Positions 1-7,032 of a stretch of DNA of 64,000 nucleotides are shown piece after piece (the first letter of the stretch is position 1; the number at the start of each line of letters is the position of its first letter). The notes beneath the pieces are model-generated. The model worked only from the letters and a program-made list of their open reading frames with translations. It was not told where the DNA came from and ran no database searches. The position numbers and the translations under genes are program-made. The DNA comes from a virus. Location of the stretch: IMG/VR virus record IMGVR_UViG_3300042484_002006. One strand, written 5' to 3'.

Positions 1-96
1 CGAAGCTGTCCTTTTATGCTGAGTCCCTGCACCATACGTAGGGGTATGGACGACCGCTTATTGTCGTTTATTACTAGAGGCCTTGTAACTATCCTC

Positions 97-144
97 AAAA
101 AAAGAAGTTCATGCATATGGTTAATTAAACCCATATACATGAAC
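97..144 (-). terminator. Rho-independent terminator for the 162..416 gene
   Basis: 14-bp stem 107-120/131-144 (one G-U pair on the minus strand) followed on the minus strand by TTCTTTTTTT. Confidence 0.75.
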
Positions 145-161
145 CCTTTTATTCTCAATCA

Positions 162-416
162 CTAGTCAAAGTGATCAAAGTAGCCCCCTTCCTTCCAGAA
201 GAAGTACAAGTCAAGAACCACAATGTTCATGTGGTTAGCTTGTTCTGATGTGTTGAACGGATCAACACTGACCATGACAGTCCGAGCATAATCACACTCG
301 AACAAGAACAAACCAAACTCATACTGCACCTGTGCAGCAGAGATGGCAGCCTCCAACACTCTCTGCTCACTAGACTTACCACTTCTTGACACTAACTTCT
401 TAGCAACTCCGTACAT
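162..416 (-). CDS. Hypothetical protein (84 aa)
   Basis: ATG preceded by GAAAGGGGA Shine-Dalgarno on the minus strand; terminator directly downstream. Confidence 0.75.
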   Translation of the reverse strand: MYGVAKKLVSRSGKSSEQRVLEAAISAAQVQYEFGLFLFECDYARTVMVSVDPFNTSEQANHMNIVVLDLYFFWKEGGYFDHFD

Positions 417-559
417 AACAATCCCCTTTCTAAAGGATTAACTGACCCCATACCCGGGTGGGCACGTTAAAGATCAGAAGTACACACATATACTCACTAT
501 CACCACCCCATAAATTTTCCCTAGTTTTTACCTTAATAAGTTTATATATGTTTATACAT

Positions 560-597
560 CCTCGAGTTTAGAAACAAATGACCCTCGAGTTTAGAAA
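560..597. repeat. 15-bp perfect direct repeat CCTCGAGTTTAGAAA x2 (23-bp period) in an AT-rich divergent intergenic region
   Basis: Copies at 560-574 and 583-597. Confidence 0.9.
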
Positions 598-800
598 AGC
601 CCGCAACACCTGTCATCCATTTCAGTCCAAAAATTTTTCCCTATAATTTTTCCCATATAGAGATTCGCCCCAAAAAATTTGGAATATTTTCTAACACAGG
701 TTGACAAAGACGCCGCCAAGTAGATATAGTTCAAGACGTTCCCAGTAGGGAATGATTCACACAACCAGCATCCCATGCTTACAATCACAAAGGAATAATC

Positions 801-1019
801 ATGAAATCATATATGGACTGCCCACACTGTGGCACAGAATATATCGTCAATGAAGACCTCTCAGGATCCAACACAAGATGCCCTGACTGTTTCCAATGGG
901 TAAACCCCTTCGGAGGCATGGCTAATACATCCTTCGCTATGTCTGCAAATGACTATGGTTCCTCATATGGAAACCAAGTGTGGGAAGAGCTAGGCTACGA
1001 ATCCGGTTACGATTACTAA
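801..1019 (+). CDS. Small zinc-ribbon protein (72 aa)
   Basis: CPHC...CPDC; AAGGA RBS; terminator downstream. Confidence 0.8.
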   Translation: MKSYMDCPHCGTEYIVNEDLSGSNTRCPDCFQWVNPFGGMANTSFAMSANDYGSSYGNQVWEELGYESGYDY

Positions 1020-1039
1020 TAACACCCTGTGATAAAAAC

Positions 1040-1080
1040 AAAAAGAGGTGTTACCCTTTAGGGGGTAGCACCTCTTTTGT
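1040..1080. terminator. Bidirectional intrinsic terminator between convergent genes
   Basis: AAAAGAGGTGTTACCC-TTTA-G-GGGGTAGCACCTCTTTT hairpin with A and T tracts on either side. Confidence 0.85.
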
Positions 1081-1107
1081 ATATATCTTATTTGTTCCGG
1101 GCGAAAT

Positions 1108-1398
1108 CTATTCAAACTCCGTGGGATCGATGGTGATTGTTGTCAGGCTTTCGTCTTCTGATATTTCGCGTACAACATCTTCTACACTACGTTCTGATAA
1201 TTCACTAATACTTTCGATCATCTGCCATTCTTCTGTAGAGAAGATAGTAAAGATCATAAACCCATTAGCATCGGCATGGATAGATACGACACGTTGAGTG
1301 TTATCATCTTCTAGATCATAGGTGAAGTTGATCATGTCGCCATTTCGTTTCATGGCTGAACCTGAAAAGAACTCTAATATTCTACGTATGAATTCCAT
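1108..1398 (-). CDS. Hypothetical acidic protein (96 aa)
   Basis: ORF track; lies between an upstream TACTAT motif (1430-1439, minus) and the bidirectional terminator. Confidence 0.75.
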   Translation of the reverse strand: MEFIRRILEFFSGSAMKRNGDMINFTYDLEDDNTQRVVSIHADANGFMIFTIFSTEEWQMIESISELSERSVEDVVREISEDESLTTITIDPTEFE

Positions 1399-1429
1399 CT
1401 ACAGCATTCTTTCTTAAAGATGAGATACT

Positions 1430-1439
1430 GTAATAGTAC
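1430..1439 (-). promoter_or_regulatory. TACTAT-type putative phage promoter
   Basis: GTACTATTAC on the minus strand about 30 nt upstream of the 1398 start; same core as motifs before the structural genes. Confidence 0.4.
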
Positions 1440-1491
1440 TAGTTATTTCAGTTCGGCAAACAAACGCGAGAACTCAAGATAAAGACGCAGG

Positions 1492-1701
1492 CTATTTGTC
1501 ATCATCGTTCTCAAAAAAATTTCCGTCGCTAATGGGGGTCTCTGTATTCTCAAAAAAATTTTCACTCGGTTCATACCAGTTGTCGCCACAGTCACGGCAT
1601 TTGATGGAGTAGTACGGGATGTCTTCTTTGTCTTTTAATTCAAGAACAATAAAGTTTGGAGGGAAACTGCAATCCTCGCAAGATACTGGATTAAGACTCA
1701 T
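1492..1701 (-). CDS. Small zinc-ribbon protein (69 aa) with acidic tail
   Basis: CEDC...CRDC; start overlaps the recA stop. Confidence 0.75.
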   Translation of the reverse strand: MSLNPVSCEDCSFPPNFIVLELKDKEDIPYYSIKCRDCGDNWYEPSENFFENTETPISDGNFFENDDDK

Positions 1702-2726
1702 TAGCCTTTAATCACACTTACAATCTCAGGAGAAGACTTCAACTTCTCAATAGCGTTGTCTCTGCCTTGGGCAAAGTTCTCACCGTTGTAATAGACCCAT
1801 GCGCCCTTTTGGGTGAATATCCCCTTGTCAATACCGATGTCGAATATACATCCGTACTCGTCGATACCTTGAGCATAAATAATATCGAACTCTACGATTT
1901 TCATTGGGGGTGCCATCTTATTCTTAATAACCTTAGCTTTGACTTTAACTCCAACTGGATTTCCGGCTTTATCCTTAAGATCTTCTTTCTTGCGGACGTC
2001 AATACGGACTGAAGCATAAAACTTCAATGACATTCCACCAGGAGTAGTCTCTGGGTTACCAAACATGATTCCGATTTTATTGCGGAGCTGGTTAATAAAT
2101 ATAATAAGAGTGTTGTGCTGGGCAGCGAGTCCAGTAAGCTTACGCATAGCCTTAGCCATCATACGCGCCTGCAAGCCCATGTGAGCTTGCTCCATTTCGC
2201 CATCAAGCTCAGCCTTCGGAACTAATGCTGCAACTGAGTCAATCACGATGACGCCAATTTCCCCTGTGCGTAGGAGTCTGTCGGCAATGTCAAATCCCTG
2301 TTCGCCATAATCAGGTTGAGCCAGTAGAAGGTTGTCTAGATCAATTCCTACGGCTTGCATGTAGACTGGGTCTAAAGCATGCTCAGCGTCGATGTAGGCG
2401 CACGTGAGGCCCATCTGCTGGGCCTTGGCTACTGTTGCTAGAGCGAGAGTAGACTTGCCTGATGACTCAGGTCCATAGATTTCTACTACGCGCCCGCGCG
2501 GGAAACCACCAATTCCAAGTGCACTATCCAAAGTAAGTGCTCCAGTGGAGATTGAGTCCCATGGTTTGATATTAGTTGAGCCGAGTCTAACGACTGATCC
2601 AGCTCCATATTGACGTTGAAGTTGTGCGATTGCGAGTTCTAATACTTTTGATTCTTCTTTATCAATAACTTTTTTAGCTGCGGGAATAAGAATCTCGCCA
2701 GTCTCCATGTCGAATTCATCAGTCAT
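1701..2726 (-). CDS. recA: RecA recombinase (about 341 aa; start moved to the ATG at 2726)
   Basis: GFPRGRVVEIYGPESSGKST Walker A, YIDAEHALD, IVIDSVAAL, FINQLRNKIGIMFGNPETTPGG, KNKMAPP; ATG overlaps the upstream gene's stop. Confidence 0.97.
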   Translation of the reverse strand: MTDEFDMETGEILIPAAKKVIDKEESKVLELAIAQLQRQYGAGSVVRLGSTNIKPWDSISTGALTLDSALGIGGFPRGRVVEIYGPESSGKSTLALATVAKAQQMGLTCAYIDAEHALDPVYMQAVGIDLDNLLLAQPDYGEQGFDIADRLLRTGEIGVIVIDSVAALVPKAELDGEMEQAHMGLQARMMAKAMRKLTGLAAQHNTLIIFINQLRNKIGIMFGNPETTPGGMSLKFYASVRIDVRKKEDLKDKAGNPVGVKVKAKVIKNKMAPPMKIVEFDIIYAQGIDEYGCIFDIGIDKGIFTQKGAWVYYNGENFAQGRDNAIEKLKSSPEIVSVIKG

Positions 2727-3036
2727 AGAATAATCTTCCTTGTACCTCATGCGTGATCTGCGTCTCCTTAGAGTATACAACAATTTTCTTGATATCTTGC
2801 TTGAACTGAAGAATCTTTTTCATAATTTCTTTGTCGACAAATTTGATTACATCTACGTCCGTAGAGTAAAAGTTATAGAAATCTTTTTCAACTAAATCGA
2901 GCATCGATATCGCATTCTCGCGTAGTACCGTTAATGCTCGATTCACATCATCTAGATCCACATCTTTTACACCTTGACGAGGAGGCGAATTTGTTTCGTT
3001 ATGCTGGGGATATTCCACCTGGTAATAACCTTTCAA
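2719..3036 (-). CDS. Hypothetical protein (105 aa)
   Basis: ORF track; its stop overlaps the recA start (ATGACTGA). Confidence 0.65.
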   Translation of the reverse strand: MKGYYQVEYPQHNETNSPPRQGVKDVDLDDVNRALTVLRENAISMLDLVEKDFYNFYSTDVDVIKFVDKEIMKKILQFKQDIKKIVVYSKETQITHEVQGRLFYD

Positions 3037-3039
3037 TAA

Positions 3040-3048
3040 TGGTATAAT
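3040..3048 (+). promoter_or_regulatory. Extended -10 (TGnTATAAT) host sigma-A/70-type promoter
   Basis: TGGTATAAT 31 nt upstream of the ATG at 3080. Confidence 0.55.
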
Positions 3049-3079
3049 TGATATATATATTATATCTTAAGGAGATTAA

Positions 3080-3241
3080 ATGAGCAAGTCGCGAGAACAA
3101 CAAAAAGAAGAATTCCAGTTGGCGTTGTACTTATTAAATAAAAGATTCAATAGACCGATTGACTTAATCAAGTATTGGTCTTTCGCAGGGCCATGCATAG
3201 AAGATCATCCTAGCATAGAGGATTATAAGAAAAATGATTGA
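3080..3241 (+). CDS. Hypothetical protein (53 aa, not in the ORF track)
   Basis: AAGGAG RBS; MSKSREQQKEEFQLALYLLNKRFNRPIDLIKYWSFAGPCIEDHPSIEDYKKND*. Confidence 0.7.
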   Translation: MSKSREQQKEEFQLALYLLNKRFNRPIDLIKYWSFAGPCIEDHPSIEDYKKND

Positions 3242-3282
3242 GGCTAGACACGACTTGATTTCGTGTGATAAGCTAGCCATAA

Positions 3283-3389
3283 CCCCCCCTTCCCCCCTTC
3301 CCCCCTTTACTATATACTTATATGTTTACATATAATAATATATTCTTATATGTTAATATATAATAATATTATCCTATATACTTATATGT
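3283..3389. repeat. C7-TT-C6-TT-C6 tract followed by AT-rich direct repeats
   Basis: C tracts at 3283-3305; CTATATACTTATATGT at 3310-3325 and 3374-3389; CTTATATGT x3 (3317, 3345, 3381). Confidence 0.85.
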
Positions 3390-3414
3390 GCAAGATAAAA
3401 GAAAGAAGTCGCTA

Positions 3415-4833
3415 ATGCAGATATACCAGATTTTCGTACCCGAGTTGCACGCTAATGTAAAATTTAAAATTATTCCCACTGAAGATATAGAAGCATTTGT
3501 TATTAAGCATAAGAAAAGCAAAGATCTTCGTAAGCAAGTTTTACAGTATGTAGTTTTTAATTTAAATACTGATGTTGCGTCTTCGTTAAACGCAATGTCT
3601 CGTACAGCCGCAGAGAGAGCACTCGAAGCAATCTACGCAGGATGTGTTATGCTTAATCCTGGTTTAGATATCGATTACTGGGTAAGCATTGCTTATTCGA
3701 CTGCCCCACTAGAGATTTCTCCTGAGGATGAAGATTATGATCTTAATGAAGTAAAGAAATTTTTACAAGAAGCTCAAAGAAATGTTAAAAGAAAAACAGT
3801 CAAAGAGGTTATTCCAAAGAATAAAAAGATTCCAAAACAAAAGTTTTTAGGATTAGAAGGATTCTTGAAATCAAATGTGATAGGTCAGGATCAGGCAATA
3901 GAAGAAATAGTTTCAGCTTTATTTAGATCACAGGCTGATTTGCATGATTCCAATAGACCATTAGGAGTATTTTTATTTGCGGGTTCTTCCGGTGTTGGAA
4001 AAACACACTTAGCAAACATGCTGAATAATTACATGTTTGGTGGCGACTCTCAGATAGTAAGAATGGACTGTGGAGAGTTCCAGCACAAACACGAGAACCA
4101 AAAGCTATTAGGTTCTCCTCCAGGTTACATCGGTCACGACGAAGGTGGACAGTTAACTAACCAAGTTAAGAAAAATCCTTACTCAGTTGTTTTAATAGAT
4201 GAAGTTGAAAAGGCACATCAAGATATTTGGAATACATTCTTAAGGATATTTGATGAAGGAATAGTTACAGATAATAAAGGTGAACCAGTAGATTTTAGAA
4301 ATACAATTATTATCATGACAACCAACTTAGGCAATGAAAAAACAGTTGACAATCTAATTTCTACTGGAACAGGATTTGCTAGAAGCATTATCTTTGAGCG
4401 TCAGACTTCAGAAATACCAGTCAGATCTATCGTCGAAAGAAATACCCATCAGGCAATTGATAAATATTTTAGACCAGAATTTATTAATAGAATAGATAAG
4501 ATAGTTGTCTTTAATCACTTGAATCGACAAGATTGCGAAAAGATAGCTGAATTAGAGATGTCTGTGATTGCAGATAAGCTCTCCAAAAAGGGAATCTCTG
4601 TCTCCTATACCGATAACGTTATTGACGGTCTCATTGAACGTGGTATTGACACCATTAAAGGTGCTCGTGGCATAGCTCAAGTAAGAAGAGACGTAATAGA
4701 AACGCCTTTAGCAAAAACAATTGTGCATAGTAATGTACCTAAAGGTACTATATTCCATATCGACTATGTCAATAAGAATTTTACTTTTGACATGCAAAAA
4801 CCAATAAAGAGAATACGATCTCAATTATCTTAA
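3415..4833 (+). CDS. Clp-family AAA+ ATPase with only the ClpA/B/C D2-type module and an unrecognised N-terminal domain
   Basis: GQDQAIEEI, RPLGVFLFAGSSGVGKT (Walker A), LLGSPPGYIG (pore loop), VLIDEVEKAH (Walker B), MTTN, FRPEFINRID, GARGI; ATG at 3415 preferred over GTG at 3388. Confidence 0.92.
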   Translation: MQIYQIFVPELHANVKFKIIPTEDIEAFVIKHKKSKDLRKQVLQYVVFNLNTDVASSLNAMSRTAAERALEAIYAGCVMLNPGLDIDYWVSIAYSTAPLEISPEDEDYDLNEVKKFLQEAQRNVKRKTVKEVIPKNKKIPKQKFLGLEGFLKSNVIGQDQAIEEIVSALFRSQADLHDSNRPLGVFLFAGSSGVGKTHLANMLNNYMFGGDSQIVRMDCGEFQHKHENQKLLGSPPGYIGHDEGGQLTNQVKKNPYSVVLIDEVEKAHQDIWNTFLRIFDEGIVTDNKGEPVDFRNTIIIMTTNLGNEKTVDNLISTGTGFARSIIFERQTSEIPVRSIVERNTHQAIDKYFRPEFINRIDKIVVFNHLNRQDCEKIAELEMSVIADKLSKKGISVSYTDNVIDGLIERGIDTIKGARGIAQVRRDVIETPLAKTIVHSNVPKGTIFHIDYVNKNFTFDMQKPIKRIRSQLS

Positions 4834-4848
4834 CGGGAGAAACTAACA

Positions 4849-5130
4849 ATGTTACGAAGAGCTACAGGACTTGCGAAACAAGGGGTTAACGCGATAAAGG
4901 GGAGAGCTACATCTGCAAATGTCTCAAGAGCAGCTACTGGTACTTCATCCGCTGTCAGAGGTTTTGCTAAAAATAATAGAATGGCGCAGTACGCTATGAA
5001 GAATAAAGGCAAGTCTGCAGCTATGGGTTTAGGTGCTGCTAGCGTTGGAGCATATGGATTAAGCGGTCGTAGAGGTCGTGGAGTAGATAAATTTCCAGGT
5101 GGCAGACCCACTGGAATGTATGGGAGATAA
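4849..5130 (+). CDS. Small basic Gly/Ala/Arg-rich protein, putative internal virion protein
   Basis: GGGAG RBS; basic, with hydrophobic GLGAASVGAY segment near the C-terminus. Confidence 0.75.
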   Translation: MLRRATGLAKQGVNAIKGRATSANVSRAATGTSSAVRGFAKNNRMAQYAMKNKGKSAAMGLGAASVGAYGLSGRRGRGVDKFPGGRPTGMYGR

Positions 5131-5132
5131 TT

Positions 5133-5453
5133 ATGAAACCAAGGCCAATAATGAAGGCACTCTATGGGACAGTAGGGAAAATGACACCTCAGGGCAGAAA
5201 AGCAGCGCAGGCAGTAGCAGCACACACGTCTTTGCCAGTTGGGATGAGAGGAGCTGGAGCTAGTGCTAAACATTTGGCGCTTCAAAGAACTGCAAAAGCC
5301 ACAGCAATTCGTGCTGGTAAAAAGCCAACTTTAATAGGAATGGGAGTACTAGGAGCTGGGGCGATGACCGCAGCTAGACCTAATTCAAATCAATCCAGAA
5401 CAGCGTACCGTGGACCAATGCAAACAGGTAGAGGCGTAGGGAGATTCGCATAA
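5133..5453 (+). CDS. Small basic protein, putative internal virion protein
   Basis: Coupled to neighbours; GMGVLGAGAM segment; basic tail. Confidence 0.75.
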   Translation: MKPRPIMKALYGTVGKMTPQGRKAAQAVAAHTSLPVGMRGAGASAKHLALQRTAKATAIRAGKKPTLIGMGVLGAGAMTAARPNSNQSRTAYRGPMQTGRGVGRFA

Positions 5454-5731
5454 TGAACTATAAGAACATTATAGGAAAAGCTCTTATGATGGATTCTGAA
5501 AGAGCTGTCAAATATCTAGGATCAGGAGCAAAAGGCGCAGAAAGAATAAAAAATGCAGCCGCTATGAGTGGCAAGGGTCACAATGAAATGATTAGAGCTA
5601 GACAATATCAGCAAGGCGCCGTAAGAGCTGGTTTAGGAGTTGCAATAGGCGGAGGCATAATGTCCACAAGAAGGAAGCCAGAACCGATGAATGCCATGCC
5701 AACAGCTAAAGGATCTGGAAGATACGTTTAA
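5453..5731 (+). CDS. Small basic protein, putative internal virion protein
   Basis: TAATG overlap; GLGVAIGGGI segment; basic tail. Confidence 0.75.
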   Translation: MNYKNIIGKALMMDSERAVKYLGSGAKGAERIKNAAAMSGKGHNEMIRARQYQQGAVRAGLGVAIGGGIMSTRRKPEPMNAMPTAKGSGRYV

Positions 5732-5755
5732 TTAATAAGAAAGATGTAGTATGTT

Positions 5756-6169
5756 ATGAATGATTGGAAAAAATTTACAGATGTTAATGGTGATTTTCAG
5801 CTAGCTAATTTCTTATACAAAGGTATTAATGATCTCATGAAACATTCCTTGGATATGGGCACATTACTATCAAGTGATCCCCATAAACTTAGGGCCTATA
5901 AAGAACAGACTAAAAAGTTATTTAAAAACAAATGGTTTGAAATAGCTCAGTCTTTAGAATTCTTTGATATCATAGAAAAATGCATCTGCTACAATGAAGT
6001 TCAAGAAACTTATTGTGAAGTATGCAAAGGTGCAAGATATAAATTATCTTCATATTTAAACTCTGATGAAATTAGAGAAATTGGAATTTTCTTTAACGCA
6101 GCACAAAATGCGGACCTAGCAGGGAAACTGCAAAAAGGTTTAATGAAAGCATTGGATGAATTGTCCTAG
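5756..6169 (+). CDS. Hypothetical protein with CxC-x8-CxxC putative Zn site (137 aa)
   Basis: CICYNEVQETYCEVCKG. Confidence 0.8.
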   Translation: MNDWKKFTDVNGDFQLANFLYKGINDLMKHSLDMGTLLSSDPHKLRAYKEQTKKLFKNKWFEIAQSLEFFDIIEKCICYNEVQETYCEVCKGARYKLSSYLNSDEIREIGIFFNAAQNADLAGKLQKGLMKALDELS

Positions 6170-6326
6170 ATGTGACAAGAGAACTGAAACAGTTAGCGAA
6201 TATTTTGATTTCAAAAGTGACTGTTTAGTTCGTGATGATTATTGTTTCTATTGCAAAAGTGTTACCATACAAAGGTTCTATTCAGATAGTTCCTACAGTA
6301 CCGAATGGATTGATTTAAATGTCTAA
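6156..6326 (+). CDS. Zinc-finger microprotein (56 aa, not in the ORF track)
   Basis: MNCPRCDK...DDYCFYCKSV...WIDLNV*; overlaps both neighbours by a few nucleotides and fills the gap exactly. Confidence 0.75.
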   Translation: MNCPRCDKRTETVSEYFDFKSDCLVRDDYCFYCKSVTIQRFYSDSSYSTEWIDLNV

Positions 6327-7032
6327 TATAGAAAAAGCAAATAAGAGTGATTTCATGAAACAGTTTGAGTCTTTACGACCAGATTTGTTTTTTCCAGAGA
6401 GTTGGAGTGATGATGAAAAGAAAAGAGCAGTTGAACTAGTTAGACCACAGAAAACTAGAACTTCAATGTTTTCTTCTATTCCCATGAACTGTGAAGCAAC
6501 AAAGTGTACCTTCGCTGACACATGCCCGCTACTTAAAGAAAATCTTGCACCAAAGGGAAATCCATGTCCTATTGAAATGTCAATAGTTGCCCAGTTCACA
6601 GCGGAATACATGGAACAATTAGATGTTCAGTCTGATAATCTTGTTGAAGTTTCTATGATTAGAGATTTAGTAGATCAAGAAGTTCAATATATTCGTAAAA
6701 CTAAATTACTTGCAAAAGAACATTTCATTCAAGAAAATATTATTGGCATTGATCATCAAGGTCAGCCAATAATTAAAAAAGAACTTCACTTAGCTGTGGA
6801 ACTAGAAGATCGTTTACATAAGCGCAGAAAAGATTTACGTAATCAATTACTGGCAACAAGAGAAGCTAAAGCAAAAATTGGACAAACGCAACTCGATACT
6901 GCTCAAGCAATTTCAGATATTATTCATAAAGTTCAGAATATCGAAATTGAAAGAGAAAAGCTTATCAAGAAGAAACTTGGCACTTACGATAAGGACGACT
7001 ACATCTTAATCGAAGAAGACAAAGATAGCTGA
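6319..7032 (+). CDS. Cys-rich, helical protein; candidate terminase small subunit (237 aa)
   Basis: C-x4-C-x5-C-x13-C cluster followed by long amphipathic/coiled-coil helices; upstream of terL; assignment is positional inference. Confidence 0.4.
   Translation: MSNIEKANKSDFMKQFESLRPDLFFPESWSDDEKKRAVELVRPQKTRTSMFSSIPMNCEATKCTFADTCPLLKENLAPKGNPCPIEMSIVAQFTAEYMEQLDVQSDNLVEVSMIRDLVDQEVQYIRKTKLLAKEHFIQENIIGIDHQGQPIIKKELHLAVELEDRLHKRRKDLRNQLLATREAKAKIGQTQLDTAQAISDIIHKVQNIEIEREKLIKKKLGTYDKDDYILIEEDKDS

Noticed and set aside
560-597. Possible mini-CRISPR array
   Set aside because: Only two 15-bp copies with an 8-nt gap, no cas genes; no spacer-length array was seen anywhere in the window
591-788. 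65-aa minus-strand ORF
   Set aside because: Runs through repeat and A-tract DNA with no convincing RBS; more likely regulatory sequence
980-1297. 105-aa plus-strand ORF
   Set aside because: Crosses a terminator and is antisense to the better-supported 1108..1398 gene
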